From a virus: a DNA stretch of 64,000 nucleotides. Position 1 is the first letter of the stretch, and each line of letters begins with the position of its first letter. A program made the position numbers and the translations under genes. Of the stretch, positions 54,105 to 64,000 are shown piece after piece. The stretch lies in IMG/VR virus record IMGVR_UViG_3300032242_002232, positions 1-64,000 of that record; one strand, given 5' to 3'. The notes under the pieces are model-generated. The model made no database searches. It saw only the letters and a list, made by a program, of their open reading frames with translations, and had not been told where the DNA came from.

Positions 54105-55817
54105 ATGAGTGTTGATTTTAGCCCACCGTCGTATAGAGCGGCATCCTCTGATTTAACTATTTCTATTTCCCCACTTGGTCTTGTAGAGCTTGCAGATGAA
54201 GAGTTTGAAGTACACGGCCCTAGACTAAATAGATACTCTCTTAACTGGGCAATGTACCTTGGTCACCACTGGCCATATCGTCGTGAAGTTGGCGAAGCAC
54301 AGATGGTGTACAACTATTACCGAGCTTTTTCAGATTACTTAATTAACTTCACTTTTGGTCGCGGAGCATCATTCCGTAGTCCACATGCAACAGAGGCAAT
54401 TGTTCCGGATATCCTAAAACGTGTTTGGGAAATTGACAACGACAAAGGCGGAGTTCTTTGGGAGATGGGTCAACAGGGCGGAGTCTCTGGGGACTGTTTT
54501 GTTAAGGTAGCTTATGAAGAACCTTTTGTAGATCCTGTTGGCCGTAAACATCCCGGTAAGGTTAGAATCCTCCCACTAAACGCATCTTTTTGTTTTCCAG
54601 AGTTTCACCCCCACGATCGCTCACGCCTTATCCGGTTTAAGCTAAAGTATCGTTTCTGGGGAACTTCCCTAGAGGGCACTCGTCAGGTATATACATATAC
54701 CGAAATCCTCACAGATGAACGAATTGAAGAATATATTAACGATGAGCTAATTGACTCTAGACCAAACCCAATTGGGTTAGTACCTATTATTCATATACCA
54801 AATGTAAGAATCTCAGGCTCCCCATGGGGTCTTTCTGATTGTCACGACGTAATTGTGCTTAACCGTCAATATAACGAAGTAGCTACCGACATAGCAGACA
54901 TCATTAACTACCATGCGGCGCCCGTTACAGTAATTACCGGCGCTAAGGCCTCGTCCCTAGAAAAGGGACCTAAAAAGGTCTGGGGCGGTCTTCCTAAAGA
55001 CGCCCAAGTCTTTAATCTAGAGGGCGGCGGTGCCGGGCTTACTGGCGCCATGCAATATCTAGAAACAGTAAAACGTTCTATGCATGAGATGATCGGTATT
55101 CCTGAATCGGCTTTGGGCCAAATTCAACCTATCTCAAATACTTCTGGAACAGCGCTTGCTATTCAATTCCAACCATTGATGAATCGTTATCAGCAAAAGT
55201 TGGTTCAATATTCAGAGGGTCTTCGTAGAATTAATGAGCTAGTTCTTATGACCATCGGCTTAAAAGAGCCGGAGATGTTCGTATACAACCCCATGTTTAA
55301 CGGGCCGATAGCCAAGGATCAGCTTACACAACTAGACCCTAATGACCCACAAACATATCAGTCTGTGGTTCATTTTCCACAACCACTTCCCCTTGACAAG
55401 CTTATTGTTCTTAATGAAATTCAGAGTAAGATGCAGCTTAACCTTGAAAGCCGTAAGGGTGCTCTACGTACCCTTGGCGAGGAATTCCCAGCTGAGAAGC
55501 TTGAAGAAATTCGTATAGAGCTTATAGAGGATGCTAAATCAGATGGCGCCCTTAACTTACTTCGATCACAGATTAATGCAGCAATTGCATCATTAACCGG
55601 AATCCTTCCAAAGGATGGCGGAGAGATGCCTCCAGGCGCAGAGCCTGGTGATGGTACCGGCCCAGGACCTTCTGGTCAGCCAGGAGTTATGACTCCTTTT
55701 GAGGCCGCAACTATCGACGAGATGACTTCCGAACTAGTAACCAAGGCATATGGAACAACGATTCCAAAAAACCGTGGGGTAGATACGGAAGAGAACAAAT
55801 ACCCAGGTAATGGCTAA
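54105..55817 (+). CDS. portal protein (SPP1 gp6-like)
   Basis: NPIGLVPIIHIPN, WGLSD, SGTAL; between terL and scaffold. Confidence 0.85.
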   Translation: MSVDFSPPSYRAASSDLTISISPLGLVELADEEFEVHGPRLNRYSLNWAMYLGHHWPYRREVGEAQMVYNYYRAFSDYLINFTFGRGASFRSPHATEAIVPDILKRVWEIDNDKGGVLWEMGQQGGVSGDCFVKVAYEEPFVDPVGRKHPGKVRILPLNASFCFPEFHPHDRSRLIRFKLKYRFWGTSLEGTRQVYTYTEILTDERIEEYINDELIDSRPNPIGLVPIIHIPNVRISGSPWGLSDCHDVIVLNRQYNEVATDIADIINYHAAPVTVITGAKASSLEKGPKKVWGGLPKDAQVFNLEGGGAGLTGAMQYLETVKRSMHEMIGIPESALGQIQPISNTSGTALAIQFQPLMNRYQQKLVQYSEGLRRINELVLMTIGLKEPEMFVYNPMFNGPIAKDQLTQLDPNDPQTYQSVVHFPQPLPLDKLIVLNEIQSKMQLNLESRKGALRTLGEEFPAEKLEEIRIELIEDAKSDGALNLLRSQINAAIASLTGILPKDGGEMPPGAEPGDGTGPGPSGQPGVMTPFEAATIDEMTSELVTKAYGTTIPKNRGVDTEENKYPGNG

Positions 55818-55935
55818 TAAGTAGTTTAGCCTGACAAAAACCCTTGTATTTGCGACGCTATACACCACCTAAATCAATCCGCAGGTCATCGTGGCACTAA
55901 TTCGGACAACGACCTCTTACACCTAAGGAACAATT

Positions 55936-56703
55936 ATGTCAGAAGAAACATCTGTTGTTGATTCTCCTGTAGCTATGGAAGCTTTTCAAGCTGAAGTTAA
56001 TGCAGCAGTTGAAAACACACAAAACGTTACACCCATTCAACCACAGTCTAATAAATCTTATACTGAGATGGATATACAGCGGGCGCGTGAGCAAGAGAAA
56101 TCTAAGCTCTACCCTACTATCGATTCACTCAAAGAAGAGGTAAATCTTCTTAAGAAAGACCGTGAAGAACGACTCGCTTTAGCGGAGTTATCTAAAGCCG
56201 AGCAAGAAGCTGAAAACCGTAAAAAGGCCGAAGCTGAGATGGATGTCCGCCAACTCCTTGAAAATAAGGAAAAAGAATGGGCGGAAAAATTAGAAGCCGA
56301 ACGCTCAGAGCGCGAAAAGGCATTCCTACTTTTAGATCGTGAGCGTCAGTATTCAGAACTTACTGAGTACCGTAATGCACGACTTCAACAAGAGCAAGAC
56401 AATATTCTTCCTGAATTGCTTGATCTTATTACTGGTAACAACCAAGATGAGATTGAAGCCAGCATTTCAGGGCTCAAGGAGCGATCATCTCGTATCCTTG
56501 ATTCAGCGCAAGCTGCTACCCAGAGCTTGCGTCGAGAGATGACAGGGACAAGAACTACTTTGCCCCCAACCCTGGAAAATAACTCGGATCAACAACAGTT
56601 TACAGCGGACCAAATTGCCGCTATGTCGGTTGCTGACTATGCAAAATACCGTTCAAAGCTACTTCCAAATGTAGGTGCGAATGGCAAGGGAATCTTCGGG
56701 TAA
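55936..56703 (+). CDS. capsid scaffolding protein
   Basis: Glu/Lys coiled coil, MS..DYAKYR tail, upstream of MCP. Confidence 0.75.
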   Translation: MSEETSVVDSPVAMEAFQAEVNAAVENTQNVTPIQPQSNKSYTEMDIQRAREQEKSKLYPTIDSLKEEVNLLKKDREERLALAELSKAEQEAENRKKAEAEMDVRQLLENKEKEWAEKLEAERSEREKAFLLLDRERQYSELTEYRNARLQQEQDNILPELLDLITGNNQDEIEASISGLKERSSRILDSAQAATQSLRREMTGTRTTLPPTLENNSDQQQFTADQIAAMSVADYAKYRSKLLPNVGANGKGIFG

Positions 56704-56754
56704 GAAAAAGCAATTCAACTTCAATTAATTAATTAACTAAGGAGTAAAACCGAC

Positions 56755-57831
56755 ATGGCATCAGCCGTAACAGGTACCGGCAATCTAGCCGCTGCCCCAA
56801 CAGCGTATTCTGGCGCTAACAGCCAGCTTACACAAGCAATTCAGACCATCTGGTCTAAGGAAATTCTATTCCAGTCAATGCCAATTCTACGCTTCGAGCA
56901 GTTCGCTGTTAAGAAGACAGAACTTGGAGTTGCACCTGGTCTCCAGATCAACTTCATGCGTTATAACAACCTCGGATTTGCATCTTCACTCGTTGAAGGT
57001 GTCCGTATGTCAACAAACGCATTGACAGCACAGCAGTTCTCAATCACTGTTGCTGAGCACGGATACGCAATCGCAGTATCAGAGCTCCTACTTAACGCAT
57101 CATTTGATGACGTTATGGCATCAGCTTCACGTCTTCTTGGACGTAACATGGCTCTCTACCTTGATGGCCAGGCTCGTGACACACTTATGGCAGCATCTTC
57201 TGTCATCTACGGCTATGACCGTACAGGTGTTTCAGGAACTAACTCATGGTACGACGCAGGAACAGCAGCAACATCACGTGCAGAGCTCACAGGTACTTCA
57301 TACCTAACAACAGCAACCGTTAAGGACGCAGTTGAGACTCTAGCAACCAAGAACATCCCTCGCCTAGGTGAGACATATGTTGCTTTCGTTCACCCTCACC
57401 AATCTCGTCGTCTTCGTGACAACGCAGAATTCATCGAAGTTACAAAGTACGCAGCTCCAGGTAACTTCATGCTCGGTGAAATCGGTCGTCTATACGACAC
57501 AGTATTCATTGAAACAACACAGGTACAGAAGGTAACTAACGGAGCTGGCTCAGGCTACTCTGCAGATACTAACGTAGCTGCATCATCAATCGTTTACCCA
57601 ACTGGTGGAGGATACACAACACCAGTAACAAAGACAGGTAATGGTAACAAGGATCGTTACTCAGCTATCTTTATTGGTGACAACGCATTTGGTCACGCTA
57701 TCTCTCTTCCAGTCGAACTCCGCGATGGCGGTATTCTTGACTTCGGTCGTGAGCATGCGCTTGCTTGGTACGCTATCTACGGTCTCGGTCTTATTACTGA
57801 CCAGTCTGTATTGATCGCAGAAACCAACTAA
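56755..57831 (+). CDS. major capsid protein (N4-gp56 type)
   Basis: WSKEIL, LVEG, EHGYAI, FVHP, GEIGRL..FIET, DFGR. Confidence 0.9.
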   Translation: MASAVTGTGNLAAAPTAYSGANSQLTQAIQTIWSKEILFQSMPILRFEQFAVKKTELGVAPGLQINFMRYNNLGFASSLVEGVRMSTNALTAQQFSITVAEHGYAIAVSELLLNASFDDVMASASRLLGRNMALYLDGQARDTLMAASSVIYGYDRTGVSGTNSWYDAGTAATSRAELTGTSYLTTATVKDAVETLATKNIPRLGETYVAFVHPHQSRRLRDNAEFIEVTKYAAPGNFMLGEIGRLYDTVFIETTQVQKVTNGAGSGYSADTNVAASSIVYPTGGGYTTPVTKTGNGNKDRYSAIFIGDNAFGHAISLPVELRDGGILDFGREHALAWYAIYGLGLITDQSVLIAETN

Positions 57832-57901
57832 TTTAAGTAAGGGGAGGCTGGGCTTTAAAATCCAGCCTCCCAACACAAACAATCCAAGGAGAATAATAAT
57901 C

Positions 57902-58267
57902 GTGGCAAAAGCAAAAGTAACAGACGTAACAGGCCGTCAGCGTGAAGAACAGATCAAGGCTAACGCCGAAGAGATCCAAAAACGCGCTTCAGAAATGTCA
58001 ATGGCTTCTATGGAAGCCCAGGCAAAACTAGACACAGAAGTCGTCGACTTAACAGTTGAGGGCAAAGCAACAGTAATTGATGAAGTAGAAGATCTGGGAG
58101 TAGACCTCGCAGATGACACAGCCGTCATTCGTGTTGCAGAAGACCTAGATTTCGTAACAATCGGCGTAGGAAATCATTTTTCTTTTAAAGCCGGACAGAA
58201 GTACAAAGTTGCAAAGCACGTAGCAGTACATTTGCAGGAAAAGGGTTACTTGTACGACCGTCTATAA
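57902..58267 (+). CDS. hypothetical virion-associated protein
   Basis: FKAGQKYKV...HLQEKGY. Confidence 0.65.
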   Translation: MAKAKVTDVTGRQREEQIKANAEEIQKRASEMSMASMEAQAKLDTEVVDLTVEGKATVIDEVEDLGVDLADDTAVIRVAEDLDFVTIGVGNHFSFKAGQKYKVAKHVAVHLQEKGYLYDRL

Positions 58268-58286
58268 CCTGCTACACATCTAGATC

Positions 58287-58334
58287 GCCCAACTCCGACG
58301 ACTGCCCTCTTGTCGGGGTTGGGCCCTTTATTTT
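58287..58334 (+). terminator. terminator hairpin
   Basis: 15-bp stem GCCCAACTCCGACGA/TTGTCGGGGTTGGGC + T tract. Confidence 0.7.
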
Positions 58335-58392
58335 AGGCAGACTATCTTCTTGTATTGCAGGATGATAAGCCCATAGCTATCTGGAGGATTAA

Positions 58393-59481
58393 GTGGCAAC
58401 GATTCAAGTTCTTTCTAATCGGCTTAGAGCTGAGATCGGCGACTTAGGAAGATCGTTTACTGAAACATTTACCGGTGATGGGGTTACTAAAAGATTTCAA
58501 CTCCCTTACGCTCCAGTAAATGGAAGAAGTCTAAGAGTTACAGTAAATGGTTCTGACCAATCCCCAACAACTTCAGTAGAAGAAGTTAACGGTCTATTTG
58601 AGTTAAGCATTATCCCATCTAACAATGCCGTCATCAGTGTTTCCGGCGTTGCTTATAAGTATTTTACCGACACTGAAATTCAATACTACATTAGCCAAGC
58701 TTTCTATGAGCATGCCCATACAGCCACAGATAGCAATGGAAGCCTAAATACCCTAGCTAGCATGCCCTTTGTAGAAGAATATCCGCTAGTAACTCTTGCC
58801 ACCTCTATGGCACTTTATACGCTGGCTACCGACGCCTCTTTTGATATTGACATTGCCTCGCCTGATGGGGTCACTATCCCCCGTTCACAGCGATATCGCC
58901 AACTAATGGAGATGGTACAAAGCAGAAAAGAACAATATAAAGAACTTTGTTCAATGCTGGGTGTCGGTATGTTTAGGATCGAAGTGCAGACTCTTCGCAG
59001 AATTAGCCGACGCACAAACCGTTATGTACCTGTTTATCGTCCTCAAGAACTTGATGACGGATCCCTCCCAATTAGAGTTTCATTACCTATGCCTACTTAT
59101 GGGGACATGACTCCTCCGGGACCCGCGGAACCTAAAGATCTATTTGTTGTTGCCGGAGATAGTTTTTCTAAATCATTTGTTTTTGATCATGATCTTACTA
59201 CCTACACACCAGCGGCCCAATTACGTTTATTTCCCGAAATTCCGGCGGATCAAGTTGGCCCACTGCTTCTTGCAAACTTTACCATTACAAAGTCAGCTTC
59301 AGTTGTGGGGGGCACCTTAAACACCCTAACGCTATACTTAAGCGGTACAGCTACAACAGACTTGCCACGCACATGCTACTGGGATCTTCAGATGACTAAT
59401 AACTCGGACGGAACTGTTAAGACATACGTGTCTGGCAAGTTCTTTACTAAACCTCAAGTTACTACCACCCAAGGAAATTAA
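58393..59481 (+). CDS. head-tail adaptor/neck protein
   Basis: LRAEIGD, FTDTEI, YWDLQ; position after MCP. Confidence 0.6.
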   Translation: MATIQVLSNRLRAEIGDLGRSFTETFTGDGVTKRFQLPYAPVNGRSLRVTVNGSDQSPTTSVEEVNGLFELSIIPSNNAVISVSGVAYKYFTDTEIQYYISQAFYEHAHTATDSNGSLNTLASMPFVEEYPLVTLATSMALYTLATDASFDIDIASPDGVTIPRSQRYRQLMEMVQSRKEQYKELCSMLGVGMFRIEVQTLRRISRRTNRYVPVYRPQELDDGSLPIRVSLPMPTYGDMTPPGPAEPKDLFVVAGDSFSKSFVFDHDLTTYTPAAQLRLFPEIPADQVGPLLLANFTITKSASVVGGTLNTLTLYLSGTATTDLPRTCYWDLQMTNNSDGTVKTYVSGKFFTKPQVTTTQGN

Positions 59482-61649
59482 TGGCTAACACACCTAATTT
59501 AATCGGAATGCCGGATGATGCAAGTAATGATCCTTCGGTCTATCTCCTTGGAATAAATAACTCTAACGGAGCTACTGGCCCAACAGGAACACAAGGTCCA
59601 CAAGGACCAACAGGACCTACAGGTTCTAAAGGCGCAACCGGTGCTACCGGTGTAGGCGCAACCGGTGCAACTGGTCCATCTGGACCATCAGGTCCAACAG
59701 GTTCTACAGGTCCGCAAGGAAATGTAGGTCCAACAGGTAATACTGGTCCTACCGGTATTCAAGGAAATATTGGAGCAACAGGCCCTACAGGTGCCGCGTC
59801 AACAGTTCCAGGTCCTACAGGTTCACAAGGCTCTACTGGCCCAACAGGTCAACAAGGGCCGACAGGGCCGACAGGATCTAAGGGTGATACTGGTTCAATC
59901 GGTGCTACCGGTTCTACTGGCGCAACTGGTCCTATTGGGCCACTCGGAGCAACAGGTACTCAAGGTCCCACAGGACCAACTGGCTCTACAGGTGCAACAG
60001 GTTTGCAGGGTGTTACTGGACCCTCTGGCCCAACAGGCGGACAAGGAATTCAAGGATCAACTGGTCCTTCAGGAGCTACAGGTGTAGCTGGTCCACAAGG
60101 AAATACAGGACCTACAGGTTCTAAAGGCGACACAGGTCCACAAGGCGTAACAGGTCCACAAGGTCCTTGGGGCGTAACTGGACCTACAGGTTCACAAGGT
60201 ACCCAAGGTTTACAGGGTAATACTGGTCCTACTGGTGCCACTGGTGGTCAAGGTCAAATTGGACCAACAGGTGTAACGGGACCAACAGGCGCTACTGGTG
60301 CTGCATCAACAGTGCCTGGCCCAACTGGTGCACAGGGACCAACAGGTCCACAAGGTATTTCAATCAAATACCAAGGAACACTTGGTAGCGTTGGAGCACT
60401 TCAATCTATTACAGGCCAAACTATAAATGATGCATACATCATTGGTAAAGATCTTTGGGTTTGGGAAGGCAACACTTGGGATAACGTAGGTGCAATTGTT
60501 GGTCCAACTGGTCCTATTGGTTTAACTGGTCCTACTGGAGCTACGGGCTCCACTGGTGCCGCATCTACCGTTGCTGGGCCAACAGGATCAACAGGACCTA
60601 CTGGTTCTGTGGGACCAACAGGTTCTACTGGTCCGCAAGGTACCCAAGGTATTCAAGGTGCAACCGGATCTACTGGCGCAACAGGATCTACTGGTCCTAC
60701 TGGCGCCGCTAGCACAATCCCAGGACCAACGGGATCAACTGGCGCTACCGGTGCCGGACTTAACGTACTCGGCACATACTCAACTCTTTCAGCGCTTCAA
60801 GCTGCGCGCCCAACAGGCACTGCTGGTGATGCATATATTGTTGCAGGCAGTTTATATGTTTGGAATGGTTCTGCATGGACACTTGGTGGAAACATTCAAG
60901 GACCAACAGGCGGTACCGGTGCAACGGGAGCAACAGGATCAACAGGTGCAACAGGTTCTACTGGATCAACTGGCTCTAAAGGTGATACTGGTCCAGGTAA
61001 ATTTACATTTGCAACAACCCCACCATCTAACCCTGTACTCGGAGATCATTGGATTGAAGATGCAACGGGAATTGAATATACATGGAGCACAGATGGCGTA
61101 AGTACTTTTTGGGTAGAGCTTGTTCCTACAGGTTATTTAGGACCTACTGGCCCACAAGGTCCTACCGGAGCAGCCTCTACAATACCTGGCCCTACAGGTC
61201 CGACAGGTAATACCGGTGCTACAGGAGCAACAGGCGCCAGCGTTACTGGCCCACAAGGACCTACAGGTTCTACTGGCGCAACAGGGGCAACCGGCTCAAC
61301 GGGGTCTATCGGCGCTACAGGTCCAGGATCTACATACACAATTTCTTATCCTTCCGGGTCTTATATTGTTACAACTGACGACACAGCCACCTCGTTCTAT
61401 ATGGCCTCAAATACTTCGGTAAACTTTCAGTTGCCGGCTAATATATCTTCACCTATACCTATTGGGTCAACAGTAACAGTTACTCAGTATGGTCTAGGTC
61501 AGGTGACTATCTCCGCCTATTTAGGTACAGCATCTATTGTCTCTAATGCATCTACAGCAAATTCTCCTAAGCTTAGGGCGCAATTTTCTTCAGCAACATG
61601 CGTAAAAATTGGATTAGATTCGTGGCATGTAATTGGAGACATAATTTAA
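59481..61649 (+). CDS. collagen-like fibre protein
   Basis: Long G-X-Y (GPT/GAT/GST) runs with beta-rich inserts. Confidence 0.9.
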   Translation: MANTPNLIGMPDDASNDPSVYLLGINNSNGATGPTGTQGPQGPTGPTGSKGATGATGVGATGATGPSGPSGPTGSTGPQGNVGPTGNTGPTGIQGNIGATGPTGAASTVPGPTGSQGSTGPTGQQGPTGPTGSKGDTGSIGATGSTGATGPIGPLGATGTQGPTGPTGSTGATGLQGVTGPSGPTGGQGIQGSTGPSGATGVAGPQGNTGPTGSKGDTGPQGVTGPQGPWGVTGPTGSQGTQGLQGNTGPTGATGGQGQIGPTGVTGPTGATGAASTVPGPTGAQGPTGPQGISIKYQGTLGSVGALQSITGQTINDAYIIGKDLWVWEGNTWDNVGAIVGPTGPIGLTGPTGATGSTGAASTVAGPTGSTGPTGSVGPTGSTGPQGTQGIQGATGSTGATGSTGPTGAASTIPGPTGSTGATGAGLNVLGTYSTLSALQAARPTGTAGDAYIVAGSLYVWNGSAWTLGGNIQGPTGGTGATGATGSTGATGSTGSTGSKGDTGPGKFTFATTPPSNPVLGDHWIEDATGIEYTWSTDGVSTFWVELVPTGYLGPTGPQGPTGAASTIPGPTGPTGNTGATGATGASVTGPQGPTGSTGATGATGSTGSIGATGPGSTYTISYPSGSYIVTTDDTATSFYMASNTSVNFQLPANISSPIPIGSTVTVTQYGLGQVTISAYLGTASIVSNASTANSPKLRAQFSSATCVKIGLDSWHVIGDII

Positions 61650-62533
61650 TGAGGAGCGCGCTGTACATAGCTTCTCAATCCTCACGCCACACAGGGGTTG
61701 TCTATAGACCAGTTAATATGATCCCTACTCCCGTGAGTAACTTTCAAGTTAGGGTTGTATTAACACCTTCCAACTTTAACTACTCCAAAGCAAGGAGTGA
61801 TGGAAGAGACATTAGGTTTTACGAAAATACCAACTTCTCATCACCATTACCTATGTGGTTAGAGTCTTGGAACTATAATGGAAATTCTGCAATATGGGTA
61901 AAGGTCGCGTCACAAAGTAAATCCCTTATGTACATGACCTATGGCAGCTCTTCTTTAACCTCCATATCTAATATTGATACCGTTATGGAAAATGGTATGC
62001 AGTTTGGTTACTTTGCAAGTACCGTACAGGGAGCCGGAGTTGGGGCTTTTAATAGCCTTCAATTTTCTGGTATAGACCCTGTTATGAGCACTGATTGGGG
62101 TTCCGGCACAGTATCTATTAACGGGTTGGGAAGCCTAGCTGACTATGTCTCAATAAGATGGCGTGGATGGGTGAAGCCTTATGAGTCCGGAAACCATACA
62201 TTTTATTTCACAACAGATGATGGAAGCCGAATGTACATAGGCCCAGATTCCTCATATAATTCAAACCCAGCTTGGACAATAAATAGCTGGATTGATCAAG
62301 GTCCAACAGAATATTCAGGAACCGTGTCTATAACCGACGGTGTTCCGAGGTATATGCAAAAAGAGTGGTTTGAAACTGGTGGTGGTGCAACGGCCTTGAC
62401 TGGATGGGCAACCCCTAGCGTACTTAAAGTATACCCAATTACATCTGGTTACTTAAAGGCACCAAAATATGACTCTTCTTATTCAGATTCTTTTGGTTAT
62501 TCCGCAACCGTTGGTTCAGAAATTACTATCTAA
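61649..62533 (+). CDS. DUF2341 + PA14 domain protein (putative glycan binding)
   Basis: DGRDIRF..WLESW..IWVKV; SIRWRG..TTDDGSRM..W.DQG. Confidence 0.75.
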   Translation: MRSALYIASQSSRHTGVVYRPVNMIPTPVSNFQVRVVLTPSNFNYSKARSDGRDIRFYENTNFSSPLPMWLESWNYNGNSAIWVKVASQSKSLMYMTYGSSSLTSISNIDTVMENGMQFGYFASTVQGAGVGAFNSLQFSGIDPVMSTDWGSGTVSINGLGSLADYVSIRWRGWVKPYESGNHTFYFTTDDGSRMYIGPDSSYNSNPAWTINSWIDQGPTEYSGTVSITDGVPRYMQKEWFETGGGATALTGWATPSVLKVYPITSGYLKAPKYDSSYSDSFGYSATVGSEITI

Positions 62534-62555
62534 GAGAGCGTAAGGTAAAAAATAA

Positions 62556-62918
62556 ATGGCAATTAGTTTCCCAGCGTCCCCAACGCTTAATCAAGTCTAT
62601 ACATACGGTAATCGTAGTTGGAAGTGGACAGGTACAGCTTGGGTTTCACAAAGCGTATCTACAGCCCCAACAGGTCCAACAGGCCCAACTGGAGCAACTG
62701 GATCTGCATCTACAGTTCCTGGACCACAGGGACCAACTGGTGCGACAGGATCTACCGGAGCAACAGGCGCCACGGGAGCTGCATCTACAGTTGCGGGACC
62801 GACAGGTTCAACGGGACCAACGGGTGCTCAAGGGTATAGTATTGTCAACTTAGACGGTGGATTTCCAGATAGTACGTATGGTGGAATCACAGCAGTAGAT
62901 CTTGGAGGAGTTAGCTGA
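62556..62918 (+). CDS. short collagen-like fibre protein
   Basis: [17 protein letters not shown] + G-X-Y + LDGG. Confidence 0.8.
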   Translation: MAISFPASPTLNQVYTYGNRSWKWTGTAWVSQSVSTAPTGPTGPTGATGSASTVPGPQGPTGATGSTGATGATGAASTVAGPTGSTGPTGAQGYSIVNLDGGFPDSTYGGITAVDLGGVS

Positions 62919-63322
62919 TGGCAGTTCAATTTCAGTTTAGACGCGGTACAGCCTCTCAGTGGACCGCAGCTAACACAATTCTTGCATCTGGTGAGCTTGG
63001 ACTAGAATCCGACACAAACAAATTTAAGATTGGTAACGGCACTTCCGGCTGGAATGCGCTATCATATGCCTCAGGTACTGCAGGTGCAAATGGAGCTACA
63101 GGAGCTACCGGAGCAACTGGAGCATCAGTAACTGGAGCTACAGGAGCTACAGGGGCCACCGGTTCAGTTGGAGCCACAGGTCCTGCGGGAACTCCCGGTG
63201 ATTCAAATCTAAACAAAAAAGTAATTGATGATGCATTTCTTGGAACTAACTTTTACTTCAACAAGCAGTTTTTAACATCAACTGTTGCTCAAACTACTAT
63301 TTCACCGATTACGTTAATCTAG
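62918..63322 (+). CDS. Mtd/hyaluronidase N-terminal domain + collagen
   Basis: QFRRGTASQW..N.ILASGELG.E.DT.KFKIGNG. Confidence 0.82.
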   Translation: MAVQFQFRRGTASQWTAANTILASGELGLESDTNKFKIGNGTSGWNALSYASGTAGANGATGATGATGASVTGATGATGATGSVGATGPAGTPGDSNLNKKVIDDAFLGTNFYFNKQFLTSTVAQTTISPITLI

Positions 63323-63334
63323 GAAGGACGTTAA

Positions 63335-64000
63335 GTGTCAAGAAACGTATTATTGGAGTTGGATTATACATTCAACCCAAACACCTATACCCTGGTAGTT
63401 CGCAGATGGATTCCTCAGGAACGCATCATGCTTATTACAAACGTAACTCGAAACGTAGTTTATTATAATTTTTCTGACCCTACAAAATCATTAACATCTG
63501 TAACTAAACTTGATGTTGGTGATGGGCTTCTACATACTCAAATCGTATTAAATCCAGCTTCATTTGCCGGAACAACCAATCTTTCTACAGATAAAATCCA
63601 AGTTTATATTGATGAACCTGCTCAAGTATTTGTTCCAGAAGAAACATTTACAGATGCCGCTCAAAAGCAGCGAGTAACAACCCCACAATCTTTAATTGAT
63701 ACTGACTTTGAGTACTCAATTCAACCTTCTAAATGGGAAACAATCTTTCTTGTAAATAACTACCCATCATACTTCCCTAAGCCTAACGGCGGTAACGCTA
63801 TTACAGCAACCTCTATTTTAGGCGACGGAGATTCACCACGTTCTCTAATTACAGTAACTTCATCTCTTCCGCATGGTTTTGTTGCAGGTAATATCGTAAA
63901 CGTTCAAGAAACTCTAAATTATCGTGTAGAAGGAACTTTCCTTATCACTTCCGCACCTACAGTGTATTCTTTTACATACCGCGCACGCGGCGTTGTATCT
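63335..64000 (+). CDS. virion structural protein (3' truncated)
   Basis: GTG start; YTFNP..LITNVT..YNFSD..RVTTPQSLIDTDFEY, open to window end. Confidence 0.7.
   Translation, partial: MSRNVLLELDYTFNPNTYTLVVRRWIPQERIMLITNVTRNVVYYNFSDPTKSLTSVTKLDVGDGLLHTQIVLNPASFAGTTNLSTDKIQVYIDEPAQVFVPEETFTDAAQKQRVTTPQSLIDTDFEYSIQPSKWETIFLVNNYPSYFPKPNGGNAITATSILGDGDSPRSLITVTSSLPHGFVAGNIVNVQETLNYRVEGTFLITSAPTVYSFTYRARGVVS

Overview
64-kb fragment of a large tailed dsDNA phage genome. The host is probably an actinobacterium: three WhiB regulators, an MSMEG_6728/DenV-like glycosylase, leaderless genes and a parS site point that way, and the moderately AT-rich composition suggests a low-GC lineage such as freshwater Actinobacteria (inference). 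Layout: (i) + strand replication/recombination block (DnaB, primase, dNMP kinase, SNF2 helicase, SSB, PolA, RecA, Hjc-like and RuvC resolvases, Cas4-like nuclease, SpoVS, metallophosphoesterase), 1-15.6 kb; (ii) a - strand surface-protein module, the lysis genes, small basic proteins, a nucleotidyltransferase/HAD-like/TGT-like trio, class II RNR and a 2OG oxygenase, 15.6-29.4 kb; (iii) a - strand early/host-takeover region (MoxR-vWA, WhiB, many small ORFs) whose intergenic spaces are full of structured RNA elements and hold a parS site, 29.4-41.9 kb; (iv) + strand Hsp20, tRNA-Gln, HNH, HslV-like protease, terminase, portal, scaffold, N4-gp56-type capsid and collagen-like fibres, 42-64 kb. Best candidates for new biology: the early-region ncRNA array (two large end-paired RNAs sharing a UUCCCCG loop, tandem CUGAGCAU pseudoknots, anticodon-less tRNA mimics), an orphan parS with no ParAB in the window, and the NTase/pseudo-HAD/degenerate-TGT operon. 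All calls come from reading motifs by eye; no searches or folding programs were run.
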